The notes below the pieces were generated by a model. That model did not search any database and was not told where the DNA came from. It saw only the letters and a program-made list of their open reading frames with translations. Position numbers and translations under genes: made by a program. A stretch of 63,341 nt of DNA, the filler included, from Sminthopsis crassicaudata (lineage: Eukaryota): assembly GCF_048593235.1 (NCBI RefSeq). It is 3 parts of 3 records of this genome, joined end to end, with 100 filler letters (N's around TTAATTAATTAA, not from the genome) between each part and the next. Parts side by side here need not be neighbours in the genome. Positions count along the whole stretch, not along the records: positions 1 to 20,191 come from NC_133620.1; 2 more parts are not named here. The stretch is one strand, 5' to 3'. Below are positions 1-12,100 of the stretch, piece after piece; position 1 is the first letter of the stretch; every line of letters begins with the position of its first letter.

Positions 1-110
1 GGCCCTGAATTCAGGAGGACCCGAGTTCAAATTTGGTCTCTAGACACTTAACACTTCCTAGCTGTGTGACCCTGGGCAAGTCACTTAACCCTAGCCTCAG
101 GGAAAAAAAA
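1..110 (+). mobile_element. tRNA-derived marsupial SINE (WSINE1-like), cut at its 5' end by the window edge
   Basis: B-box GAGTTCAAAT, core CTGTGTGACCCTGGGCAAGTCACTTAACC and an A-rich tail. The same family recurs at 4312, 9705, 45043 and 61812. Confidence 0.8.
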
Positions 111-973
111 TGAATATATACAGAAATTTAAATTTAATTAAAATTATATGGAGAAATTTAGAAATTAAAAACAAAACAAAAACCATTTGCCACTTAGAAG
201 CAAGGTAAACTTGTTCCCTGCTCTCGATCTATTTCCTCATCTGTAAAGTGAAGTGATTGGAAAAAAGAGTTTTCGGGCTTCTTCCAGCTCTTTCAACTCT
301 TCCTGAATTCTTGGGCTGTGGAAATATTTGCCTTTTTGTCTTCATGCTCTCTCCCTGAGTCCCTTCCAGGCCAATTTACACTTTTCTCCCTGATTGCTTT
401 TTGTGAGATTGAGGAAAACTGCATAAACTTGGAGTTTACCTCTTTTGAAGAATATAGGACTAGGTTAAAAAGCAAAATACACAACTAATTCAGCCCTGCT
501 AATAGACTCCAAGGCTTAAACACCCTTCTTTATTCCTTTAGTTAATAATTATTAAGTGCCTGGCTATTCTGGTTACAGTGACTCTCTAGGTTATGTTTGC
601 TAAAACTTGTACATAATGATAGGGTCTCCCACTAGAACAAGGAAGTGCAGACTAAAAACAAATCCAGCTAATTCAGTTTAGTTAAAATTCATTTATATGG
701 ACTGAGCTGACTGAAAATTTGTGGTCATTCAACCAGACCTGGAATGAAGCTCACCTTTGTTCTTTCATGGAGAAAGGACTTGTTTAGCAAATTCATGGTA
801 CAAACACTATTCCAAGAGGTATATTTAACCTGTTTAATAAAACCAAAAAGATTTTTCAGGACATTGTTAGTATGCAAATAATGCTATTTCAAATGAGCTA
901 TTTATTTGGGCTTTCTTCCATTTGGCAGCTTTTTGTTAGCCATTAGTTCCAGTTACTGTTTGCACTTGAAACT

Positions 974-979
974 AATAAA
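974..979 (+). terminator. possible poly(A) signal of an upstream gene
   Basis: AATAAA followed by a U-rich tract, at the end of about 500 nt of non-repetitive UTR-like sequence. KIF18B would be expected here from human synteny, but no coding sequence is visible. Confidence 0.25.
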
Positions 980-1639
980 ATTTCATTTCTTTCAAAAAGG
1001 CCAGTGCTTTTCCTCTTCGATTACCCCATTAGTCTTAATGAAACTTTATTGTAAGGGCTGTTCACCAGTGGTGTAAATGGCAGAACATCTGGCCAGAAAT
1101 TAGCATTAGTGGAATAGAGTGGGCTGAGACTGGTAGGGTGAGGTGGGAGAGGGGACACAAGTCAGCTGGGCTGGAAGGAGGATCAGAATCCTGAAGCAGC
1201 AGCTCTGCCATCGCTTTGCTCTTGGTAATCAAAAAGTGTTAATATTCTTTACAAATGAACTTTTTTTTTGTCCTTTGATTTCAATGCTAGGCCTTTTTTC
1301 CACAGGCCCCTACCTCCCAATGTACTTGGTGAGGGGTGCCACTAAGTCTGGCTGGTTGCAGAGTCTCACAGAAAGAGAGCAAGGGGCCAAGGGGAGCAAG
1401 TGCAAAGCAGGCATTGTGTTGACAGCAGAGTTCCAGCAGTGACATCTGTGGGTAGCTCTGAGGCTCCAAGATTGGATTGTTCTCACACAAAAAGAGTCAT
1501 CTGTGAGATCTGTTGATTGGTGCCTCAGTCCATTCACTGGTGCCCCAGTTGGGCAAAGTTGCCCTCTCTCATCCCACGTCCTCATCTAATCCTGTTGCCT
1601 CCCACCTTGGAGCTTTTGTAGAGATCATTTCCTTCATCA

Positions 1640-2230
1640 CAGCATAATGACTCCCTCTTCTGAGTAGCTCTGTGCCTTCTCTTTTCTGGAGAAAGCTCTC
1701 TAATCCATCCTTCCTAAATTCCCTATTTCAGTGGAGTGCACCACCATCCTTCCAGGTAGCCACGTTAACAGCCTCTGCTCTTCCCTCTTTATTTCTCACA
1801 TCCAGAGTGGACAAGGCTTGTCACACTACTCCACACGTATCTTGCCTCTCTCCTCACATAGAGCCCCTGTTCTTGTGCAGCCCCTTATCACTTCTTGCTT
1901 GGACTATTTTAGTATCTTTCTAACTGTTTTGTCTGTCTTCAGTCTCTTCCCTTTCCACTGCATTCTCCACATAGCTGACAAATTGACATTCTCATACCAA
2001 GAATCTGACCTGTCATTCCCCTACTCAATAAATTCCTATTCCAGTAAATTGCCTCCTTTCCCCTCATCCCCAGAGGAAAGTCCTTTGCACTGCTTTCCTA
2101 TGTTCATGTTGTACCCTCCCTCTGAAGATCTCCAATGGAAGCTGCTTGAGATTAGGGACAGCCTTATGTTGGGCCTTTTCCCTCCAGGTGCTAGCACAGT
2201 GCCTGGTACTTTGTAGTTAAGTCATTTCTA
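1640..2230 (-). mobile_element. L2 LINE remnant
   Basis: Degenerate L2 3' region ending in CCAGGTGCTAGCACAGTGCCTGGTAC; boundaries approximate. Confidence 0.55.
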
Positions 2231-2299
2231 AATCTTTCTGACCCCATTTTGGGTGTTCTGAGCAGAGGCACTGGAGTTGTTGTCCCTTTCCTCCTCCAG

Positions 2300-2440
2300 C
2301 TCATTTTACACATGAGGGAACTGAGGCAAACGGGGTTAGGTGACTGGCCCAGATCACACAGCTAGTGAGTGAAGGCTGCTCTTGAAAATGAGTCTTCCTG
2401 AGTCCAAGCCCAATGAGTGCTCTAACCACTGTGCAGCCTG
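2300..2440 (+). mobile_element. MIR SINE
   Basis: MIR core CATTTTACACATGAGGGAACTGAGGC...GTGACTGGCCCAGATCACACAGCTAGT. Confidence 0.6.
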
Positions 2441-2879
2441 GCTGAAAGCCTGGAACATCGTAGGCAATCAAGCTTGTCTATTATGGGAAAAAAACTAGAT
2501 TGGAAAGCAGAAGACCCTGGGATTTACTTCCTTGCGCCGCCATTCTAATTTGAGCATCATTCCTTTCTCTAGATCTCAACTTCCTGAGAAGACTGAACTA
2601 GGTGATCTTTTAAAATCCCCTCCAGCTCTAAAGTCCCATTATCGTACCCAGCAAGGAGCTCTACTCTCACTGGGGGGATGAAGGAGATTGCGGAAGCCTT
2701 ATTGGATTGACATAAGCTCAGGAGTCCCGATTCCCAGTCAACCCTCTTCCCTGACCCCTCCTCTAGACATCCCATTCCTCAAGGAGTGCTCCTTTCTGCT
2801 GTGCTCTGAAGCTGCTGCTGGTGGATGCTGAAGGATCTCCGCATCTCCCCCTCCACCCGCTGGGAGGTCCAGGCTGAGC

Positions 2880-3800
2880 AGGAGGCAAGGGGAAGGGAGG
2901 GGGCGGGAGGAGATGGAAGAAGCCGGCTGGCGTGTCCGGGCTTCGGGGACCCGCCTTCTGGGAAGCCGAGTCTATCCCTAGGGCGGGCGGGCGCGAGAGC
3001 GAAGATCCCAGGAAGCCTCTCTGGGAAGACGTACAGAAGCTTTTTTCCAGTTCACCCCGGAGACCTCCCTCCCTTGCTCACCCCCTGGCACTAAGTTCCC
3101 CGCTCGCTCCTTCCTGTTAATTTGGAGAGCTGCTGGGTTGGAAATAACACGCAGGCTGCCGCCGCTGCTGCTGTGACCGCCGTTCTTCCCCCGCCAGCGC
3201 ACATCTGGCCCCCGCACCTCTCCCCCTCTCTGGTGAGGAAGGGAGGGGGCCAGTGGCTGGCGAAGAGAGGGGGAGAGAAGCAATTTAAAAACTGAGCGCA
3301 GGTCAAAGGTTTTGGATTGGGGGTGGGAAAAGTCTGAGTTTATTAACCCCCCGTGGCGCCCTGCCCCCCTCCAGTCCAGCTCCCCCGCATTTCTGTCCCC
3401 CTCTGCCACCCTTGGGGACCTACGGAGGAAGCTGAGCTTATGTCTTTAATTAGCTCAGGGAGAGTTAGAGAGAAAGCAAGAGGAACAAGTCCTGTTCTCA
3501 TCTTCTCTTGAGCCCTTCTTCCCCGACAAGCTCCGCGGGAAGTTCGGGGCAGCCTCTGGAAACGAGATAAAATGACCTTGTGCCGGGAACCACGAGCAGG
3601 GGATGGGAATCCAGAGGGGAAAGACCCGGTCCCCTCACCAACAAGCCTTGGGGTTAGAGAACCAGTCCTTGCTCCGGCGGACTGCCGGGACCTAGGAGAG
3701 CTCCCGGGAGCTCCGCGACAGTCTGCTGTGTAAGGGAGAGACTCCCATCAGGGAGCCCCCAGTGAAGCGAGTCCTTCCCTCGGAGAGACCCCAGGCCAAT
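2880..3800. promoter_or_regulatory. orphan CpG-island-like element about 13-14 kb upstream of GFAP
   Basis: Local CpG enrichment, GC boxes (GGGCGG), E-box CATCTG at 3202-3207 and DR1-like AGGTCAAAGGTTT at 3300-3312, in an otherwise CpG-poor region. Confidence 0.45.
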
Positions 3801-4311
3801 AGGCCGTGCTCTTGAGAACAGCAGTCTTGGGCTCAGGGGGCTCTAGACATCAGGTCCTGGGGGGTGAAAGGGCAAAATAAGCCAGATGAGGAGAGCGGGA
3901 AAAGGCCCGCAGGAACTGGAAGGGGGAAAGGATAACGTGGGTCCCCAAGGATATCACCAGGCCAGCACACCTAAGTGTCTGCAAAGCATTCGGCAGAATC
4001 TCCCGGGTGTCTGCGTGGACAAGTTGAAGATATGTAGTCAGGTAATAACATAATTAGGGGATTTCAGAATTAGTTGAACAATAGAACTGGAGTGGTGAAT
4101 CATTGGTTGATAAGAATCAGATCAGGTGAGGGAGATAGAGGGATCAGCCTTTGACACTGCCAGTCACACATGAAGGCTGGGGAAGCATGCTCATCCAATT
4201 TGTAAATGACTCAATTCTATTCAACTCGCGTCTGTTTTATCCAAGGCATTGGAAGTACAAAGATAAAATCTTTCCCCTCAAGGATTTATGGCCCTTAAAA
4301 AGATGTGCCTA

Positions 4312-4440
4312 GGGGCAGCGAGGTGGTGCAGTGGATAGAGCACCAGCCCTGAAGTCAGGAGGACCTAACACTTCCCAGCTGTGTGACCCTGGGCAAGTCA
4401 CTTAACCCCATTGCCCTAGCCCCCCAAAAATTTTAAAAAA
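4312..4440 (+). mobile_element. WSINE1-like SINE with an internal deletion of the B-box
   Basis: GGGGCAGCGAGGTGGTGCAGTGGATAGAGCACC...GGACCT joined directly to AACACTTCCC; the GAGTTCAAATC...GACACTT segment seen in sibling copies is absent. Confidence 0.75.
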
Positions 4441-5849
4441 GAAAAATAAGAATTGTTTATTGTAAGGGACAAGAGTGTGCCACCATGTAGGTAGGAGCTC
4501 ACATTCTGCAGGGTGAGGAGAAAGTACATTCTATATATGTCAATACAAGAAAATCCTGATATGGGGAAGAATACCAACACTGGAGAGACTGGCCTTACAC
4601 AGGAAGTAGCTTCTGAGTTGAGCCTTCAAAGGAAGACAAGGATCCCGAGAGGCAGAGTTGAGGAGATACTGTATTTGTAGCCCAGGAATGGCTTGTGCAA
4701 ATAAATGGAAATAGAGATAAAAGCTGAATGGAAATTTAGAAAACAGCTAATAGTTCAGTCTGGCTTGAATAAAGAGTAAGTGAAGGAGATAAAATAAGCA
4801 TAAATAGAACAAAATAAGATTAGAAAGATGAGGATTGGAGTCAAACTGCAGAGAACTTTAAATGCTGAGCTAAGGCATTTCTCTTTTATCCCACAGGCAG
4901 AGGCAATTCAGTGAGATTTTTAAGCAAGAGAATATATCAATCAGCCAACAAGCATCTATTGGTCAGATCTGGGCTTTAAATATACTTCAGTTTGGCAGTT
5001 GTGGAAGAGATGAATTGGAGAGGGAAAAGATTTGAAGGGAAACCAAGTAGGAGGCTGATGCAATAATCTAGGGATAGAATCGGGCCCAATTGGGGTGATG
5101 ACTACTTTAGTTGAGAAAGGGAATCAATCAACAACAGAAATTTCTGATATCTGATTTATTTAATATTTTCCCTCAGTTATATCTAAAACAAATTTTTGTT
5201 TACATTTGTCTTAAATTTTTGAGTTCTACACTTCCTAGCTGTGTGACCCTAGGCAAGTCACTTCACCCCAATTGCCTGGGGGGGGGGAAATAATTTTTTT
5301 GTATGTGTGAATTCTAGGTTCTTTCCCTTCTTTTCACTTGTAATCAAGAGACCAAATGTGAAGTTATGCAAAACATTTCCATAAAAGTCAACAACAGGCA
5401 TTTCTTAAATGTCTACTATGTATAAGTTTCTATACTAAGGAAAAGCAAAATAGATCTGTCCTCCAGGAGGTTATAATTTAATCAAAAGAATCCAGGGTGA
5501 TTCTGAAGTTACAAAATTGGTTGATTAGAAAAATTAGAGAAATAAGATTTGGAATTTAAAATAATGAGCTGTTTCCAGCGTGTAGCACACAGAGAGACCA
5601 GGATAGAAATATCTCTATCATCTCTTCCTTCCCACTCCTTCACTTCTACAAAGGAGACTTTAGTTCTTATCAGGAGGAGAAGCCAGAGGTGGAAGGTAGA
5701 GGTTAACTATTCTTCTCTCCTTAGAGAAGAGATTATTGAATTAAAATTATGTCTCTCTGCCTCCTGTATTATTAGTCATGGGGATGTAAATTTCAGATTA
5801 AAGCTAAACTCCTGATTATTTCTTAATGGGAAAGGAAGGCAGCAAGCTT

Positions 5850-5907
<58 letters not shown>
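5850..5907. repeat. (TA)n microsatellite
   Basis: Direct reading. Confidence 0.95.
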
Positions 5908-5910
<3 letters not shown>

Positions 5911-6660
5911 TCTCAATAGTATTTTATTTTTTTCCAAATATATATATATAGTTTTCAACATTCATTTTTGTAAGATTTTTTGTTCTAATTTTTTTCTTTT
6001 TCCCTTCCTTCCCTCCCCTCTCCCCAAGATAGCAAGTAATCTGAAATGTTATACATGTACAATACTTTTAAACATTTTCATTTTTGTCACGTTGTGCAAG
6101 AAAAAAGCAGCCTAAAAGAGGGGGGGGGAACCATGAGAAAGAAAAAGCAAATAACCAAAAAAAAGATGAAAATACTATTATTATTTGATCCACATTTGGT
6201 CTCCATAATTTTCTCTCTGGATGAAGATGGCATTTTCCATGCCAAATCTATTGGAACTTCTTGGATCACTGTATTTCTGAGAAGAGCTAAGTCTATCATA
6301 GTTGACCATCACATAATCTTGTCACTATGTACAATGTTTTCTTGGTTCTGCTCACTTCATTCAGCATTAGTTCATGTAAGTCTTTCAAGGCTTTTCTGAA
6401 ATCAGCCCGCTAATCATTTCTTATAAAAGAGTAATATTCCATTATATTCATGTACCATAACTTATTTCAGCCATTCCCTAAACGACAGGCATTTAATTTA
6501 CAATTCTTTGCCACCACAAAAAGAGATGCTATAAACATTCACATGTAGATTCTTTTTCCTCTTTTCTGATCTTTTGGGGATACAGACCCAAAGTGACACT
6601 GCTGAATCAAAGAGTATGCACAGTTTTATAACCCTTTTGTTCTAAATTGTTTTCCAGAAA
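5908..6660 (-). mobile_element. older L1 3' fragment (ORF2 C-terminus and 3' UTR)
   Basis: The reverse complement is a degenerate version of the ORF2 end seen at 7290-7680 (GAATGGCTGAAATAAGTTATGGTACATGAAT...GAAGTGAGCAGAACCAAG). Confidence 0.75.
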
Positions 6661-8150
6661 ATTAGTATGGCAGAAACTAGGCATGGACCCACATTTAACA
6701 CCACATACTAAGATAAGATCAAAATGGGTCCAAGATTTAGGCATAAAGAATGAAATCATAAATAAATTGGAGGAACATGGGATAGTCTACTTCTCAGACT
6801 TGTGGAGGAGGAAGGAGTTTGTGTCCAAGGGAGAACTAGAGACCATTATTGATCACAAAATAGAACATTTTGATTACACCAAATTAAAAAGTTTCTGCAC
6901 AAACAAAACTAATGCAAACAAGATTAGAAGAGAAGTAACAAATTGGGAAAACATTTTTACAGTTAAAGGTTCTGATAAAGGCCTCATCTCCAAAATATAC
7001 AGAGAATTGACTTTAATTTATAAGAAATCAAGCCATTCTCCAATTGATAAATGGTCAAAGGATATGAACAGACAATTTTCAGATGATGAAATTGAAACTA
7101 TTTCCACTCATATGAAAGAGTGTTCCAAATCACTATTGATCAGAGAAATGCAAATTAAGACAACTCTGAGATATCATTACACACCTGTCAGATTGGTTAA
7201 GATGACAGGAACAAATAATGATGAATGTTGGAGGGGCTGTGGGAAAACTGGGACACCGATGCATTGTTGGTGGAGTTGTGAAAGAATCCAACCATTCTGG
7301 AGAGCAATCTGGAATTATGCCCAAAAAGTTATCAAAATGTGCATACCCTTTGACGCAGCCATACTACTACTGGGCTTATATCCCAAGGAAATACTAAAGA
7401 AGGAAAAGGGACCTGTTTGTGCCAAAATGTTTGTGGCAGCTCTTTTTGTAGTGGCTAGAAACTGGAAAATGAATGGATGTCCATCAATTGGAGAATGGTT
7501 GGGTAAATTATGGTATATGAATGTTATGGAATATTATTGTTCTGTAAGAAACGACCAACAGGAGGAATACAGAGAGGTTTGGAGAGACTTACATCAACTG
7601 ATGCTAAGTGAAACGAGCAGAACTAGGGGATCATTATACACTTCAACAATGATACTGTATGAGGATGTATGCTGATGGAAGTGGATATCTTCAACATAGA
7701 GAAGAGCTAATCCAATTCCAATTGATCAATGATGGACAGAATCAGCTACACCCAGAAAAGGAACACTGGGAAATGAGTGTAAACTGTGAGCATTTTTTGT
7801 TTTTCTCCTTTATTTTTGGTTCTGCCAATCCCCTGAAATCCTTTCATGAGGTCTGTGAAGTCAAAACTATTTTTATAATACTGAGGCATTTCAGTTATTT
7901 TTACCTTCCTAATCCAATTCTTCCTTTGCAACAACAACAACAACAAAATTCTGTTCTGGACATATATATTGTATCTAGGTTATACTATAACATATTTAAT
8001 ATGTATGGGAAAGCCTGCCATCTAGGGGTGGGGGTAGAGGAAAGGAGGGGAAAAATTCAGAACAGAAGGGAGTACAAGGGATAATGTTATAAAAAATTAC
8101 CTATGCATATGTACTGTCAAAAAAGTTATAATTATAAAATTAATAAAAAA
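6661..8150 (+). mobile_element. young 5'-truncated L1: uninterrupted ORF2 C-terminus, 3' UTR and A tail
   Basis: ORF 6647-7675 has L1 ORF2 motifs HSPIDKWSKDMNRQFS, CWRGCGKTGT.MHCWW.C and WYMNVMEYY, with a stop at 7675, a 3' UTR and AATAAAAAA at 8142-8150. Confidence 0.95.
7816..7893 (-). repeat. 78-nt exact inverted copy of 8762-8839 inserted in the L1 3' UTR
   Basis: Base-by-base reverse-complement identity over 78 nt; TTATTTTT direct repeats at 7810-7817 and 7895-7902. Confidence 0.95.
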
Positions 8151-8344
8151 GAAATTTCTTCATCTAAAAATTGTTCAAATCCTCTGACCACTTGAAATTT
8201 AAGATCTTAACAAATTAAAATGATGATTCAATTCTACAAGTTTATATTTAATAGGAATAAATGTAAAGTCCCACACAAGTTCAGTCAACTGCACACGTAT
8301 AGAATGGGAAGAAGTCATGATCAAAATAACAATTTACATTCATG

Positions 8345-8600
8345 AGGCAGTTAGGTGGGACAGTGGCTAGAGCCTTAGGCTTGAAGTTAGAAAGAAGAGA
8401 GTTCAAAATCAGCCATAGGCACTCACCAGTTCTGTGATTTCAGCAGCAAATCACTTAACTGCTGTTGTCTCAGTTTCCTCATCTGTAAAATGGGAACAAT
8501 AATACCTACCTTCTAAGTTTGTGTTGAGGATCAAGTGAGGCAATATTTATGAAGCACTTTGTAAACCTCTACATAAAATATAAATGCTACTTATTAATGT
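8345..8600 (+). mobile_element. MIR SINE
   Basis: GAGGCAGTTAGGTGGGACAGTGG...CTCAGTTTCCTCATCTGTAAAATGGG MIR core. Confidence 0.65.
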
Positions 8601-8654
8601 TTTTAAAAAATTATATTCTGAACTTAAATGCCAAAAAATAGGTGTTTACATATA

Positions 8655-8828
8655 CATCAATTTTCAAACTTTTTAATCTCAGGATCCCCTTTACATGCTT
8701 ATAAAGCTTAGAACCCCTGTTTATGTGGGTTACATATATCAATATTTATTATGTTAGAAATTGAAATGCCTCAGTATTATAAAAATAGTTTTGACTTCAC
8801 AGACCTCATGAAAGGATTTCAGGGGATT
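8655..8828 (+). mobile_element. old non-autonomous DNA-transposon (hAT/MER-like) remnant; source of the 78-nt copy
   Basis: TTTCAAACTTTTTAATCTCAGGATCCCCTTTAC...TTTATGTGGGTTAC...ATAGTTTTGAC resembles mammalian hAT-Charlie MITEs from memory; family not confirmed. Confidence 0.4.
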
Positions 8829-11800
8829 GGCAGAACCAAGATAGTGGCCATCCAACTGAATTCTCTCAACATTCCCCAGAGTTCCAGGGGCAGAGAGGGA
8901 CACTGGTGGTTGGTCACAAAGGAGGAGATGCCTAGACACAGTTCCAAAGCAGAAGAGAGTGCTAGAACTTTGGGATGCAGTGGATCAGAGGTCCTTCCTG
9001 GGTAAAGACCAGAACACAGATCGGAAGAGCAATGACCATATTTCTAGAATCACATCACCTTAGAAGCACCAAAAACTTGCAGACTCTCAGAATTGAAGCT
9101 TGGCACAATATCTCCCCACTCCCAGGTAACAGAACCCCAAAACTTCGAGTCAAGAGATAGTCTGGAAAAATGAGCAAACAATAATATCAAAAAAATTAAT
9201 TAAAAAATAACTAAAATAGTAGGGAAGATGGATACATAAACTCAGAAAAAATAGAACAATGTGAAAACAGCTTCCAAAACCCCTCAAAAGTGCTAATTGG
9301 ACCCAAGCTCAACAAGAATTCATGAGTTAAATAAATAAATTAGAATAGTGGAAGAAAATTTAGAAAATTATGAAAAGAAAATTAATAGTTTGATAAAGGA
9401 GACACCAAAAATATTGAAGAAACAATACCTTTAAAAACAGAATTGGACAAAAGGTGCTTACAAAAATTTACTGAAGAAAAGAACTCCTTAAAAAAAAGCA
9501 AAACTGGTCAAATAGGAAAAAAGATACAAAAAAAAAAGATACTGAAGAAAATAGTTCTTTAAAAATTAATTTGGGTAAGATAGAGCTACTGACTCCATGA
9601 GACATCAAAAAAAAATAACATTAAGTCAAAAGAATGAAAAAATTGAAGAAATTGTGAAATATTTAATTGGAAAAACAGTTGACCTAGAAAATAGATCTAG
9701 TAGAGGTAGCTTAGGAGTAGAGTATCAGTCCTGAAGTCAGGAAGACCTGAGTTCAAATCTGGCCTTAGACACAACATTATCTAGAGACGTGACCCTGGGC
9801 AAGTCACTTAATTCCAATTGCCTCAGCTTAAAAAAATTATTGGTGAAAGTTATGCTCAAAGAAAAGGTCTAGACATCATATGTCAAGAAATTATCAAGGA
9901 AAACTGCCCCGATATCTTAGAAGTAGAGAGTGAAATATAAATTGAAAGAATCCACCAATCACGTCCTAAAAGAGATTCCAGAATGAAAACTTCCAGAAAT
10001 ATTATAGCAAATTCTAGAGCTCTCAAGTAAAAAAGAAAATATTTCAAGTAGCCAGATAGAAACAATTCAAATAACATGGCATCATAGTCAGGATCAAAGA
10101 AGAGATTCAGCAGTTTCCACATTCAAGAAAAGGGCTTGGAATAGTATTCCAGAAAGCAAAGGAAGCAGGATTACAAACAAGAATAATCTACCTAGCAAAA
10201 CTGAGTGTAATCATTTCAAAGGGAAATTAATATTTAATGAAATAGAAGACTATCAAGTATTCCTGATGAAAAGATCAGAGCTGAATAGAAAATTTGACAT
10301 TCAAACACAAAACTCAGGAAGAGCATGAAAAGATAAACATGAAAGAGTAATCGTAAGGGACTCAATAAAATTAAACTGTCTATATTCCTATGTAGGAAGA
10401 TGATACATGTATTTTCCTAAGAACTTTATCATTATTAAGGCAGTTAGAAGGAGTCTATATAAACAGAGGGCAATGGGGATATATCAATTATGTTGAGATG
10501 ATTTTTTTAAAAAGTGAAAGAGTGAGCAAGATGGAAGGTGACAAGGGGGAAAAGAGGCTGAATAGGGAAATTTTTCTTATATTAAAAAAGTGTGCAAGGA
10601 AAAATATTTATAGTGAAGGGGGAAATGAAAGGATGTGCAATGCTTGAACCTTACTGGAATTGGTTCAAAGAGGGAAGAACATACACACCCACACATGCAT
10701 ACATGTATATACACATGGGAGTAAGTGGAAAGATGATAAAAGGCAGAGTGGATTAAGGAAGCAATAGTCAGACATACACACAAAAATTAGTCAGACATAG
10801 GATAAAAAAAGAAAGAAGAAAAAATAGAAGAAAATGGAATGGAGAAAATACAGTTTTCATTACTTTAACTATGAGTGAGATGAGCTTACTCATAAAACAG
10901 AAGCAGATAGCAATAACTTTTAGAAGTTAGAATACAATATTATGTTGTTTCCAAGATGCAATTGAAACAGAAAACACACACACACAGTTAAAGGAATGGA
11001 GCAGAATCTAATGTGTTTTAGCTGAAGAAAAATAAGACAGGAATAGCAATCATGATCTCAGACAAAGCAAAAGTAAAAATAGATTTAACTGAAAGAGATA
11101 ATTAGGGAAACTACATTTTGCTAAAAGGTACCACAGATGATGATGTAATATAAAAATATTACAAGAAGTTTCTCATAGAGAACTGAGTCAAAGTTGTAAA
11201 AATAAGAGCCATTGCCCAATTGATAAAGGGTCAAAGAATATGAATGGGCAGTTTTCAGAAGAAGAAATCAAAATTATCTATTCTCATATAAAAATTCTCT
11301 GTATTACTATTGATTAAAGAAGTGCAAATTAAAACCTCACATCTATGAGAAATGAGAAATGCTGGAGGGGATGGGGAAAACAGGTATACTAATGCATTAT
11401 TAATTTAATTGTGAACTGTTCCAATTATTCTGGAGAACAATTTGGACAATGCCCAAAGGATGATAAAATTGTATATACCCTTTGGCTGAACAGTACCACT
11501 ACTATATCCCATAGAGATCAAAAGGAAAGGAAAATGATCTAGGTATATAAAAATATCACAGCAGCTCTTTCTGTGGTGGCAAAGAATTACAAATTAAAGG
11601 GATGACTATTGATTGAGGAATAGCTGAACAAATTATAGCATATGATTGTGATGAAGGGGGGGTAGTTTCAGAAAAAACATGGCAAGAAATATATGAACTA
11701 ATGCCAAGTAAAATGAGAAAAACCAGGACATCATTGTGTATAGTAACAGCAATGCAGTAATGATGATCAGCTGTGAAAGACTTGGCAATTCTGATCAATA

Positions 11801-12100
11801 AGATGATTCCAAGAGACTTATGACGTAAAAATGCTATTCACCTCCAGAGAGAGAGAAGTTTATACTTGGAGTGCAAACTGAAGTATAATTTTCTCATTTA
11901 AATTTTTTTGTCTTTTTTTTAATATTGTTAATATGGAAATCGTTTTCTGTGATTTCACTTGTATAATTAATATTATATTGCTTGCCTTCTCAGTGAATGA
12001 GAGTGTGGGTAGGAGGGAAGGAAAGGATTTTGAAATCAAAATTTAAAAAGGTTAGTAAATAAGTAATCATTTAATATGTGATATATTTAATATAAAATAA
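8829..12100 (+). mobile_element. degenerate near-full-length L1 with a large internal ORF2 deletion
   Basis: Decayed L1 start (CCAAGATAGTGG, resembling CCAAGATGGCGG) and ORF1 remnants (IERIHQSRPKRDSRMKTSRNIIA, about 9940-10010). An endonuclease remnant (GIAIMISDKAKVKIDL, about 11040-11130) jumps directly to the ORF2 C-terminus at about 11200; 3' UTR to about 12100. Confidence 0.7.
9705..9835 (+). mobile_element. WSINE1-like SINE nested in the L1
   Basis: GAGTTCAAATCTGGCCTTAGACAC...GTGACCCTGGGCAAGTCACTTAA plus an A tail. Confidence 0.7.

Noticed and set aside
293-484. Minus-strand ORF and coiled-coil-like IQEELKELEEARK in an adjacent frame
   Set aside because: It is short, runs into a MIR remnant, and has no splice context or recognisable homology.
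5908-8150. Head-to-head L1 pieces as a twin-priming inversion
   Set aside because: Both pieces are 3' ends covering the same ORF2 region and differ greatly in decay, so they are two independent insertions.
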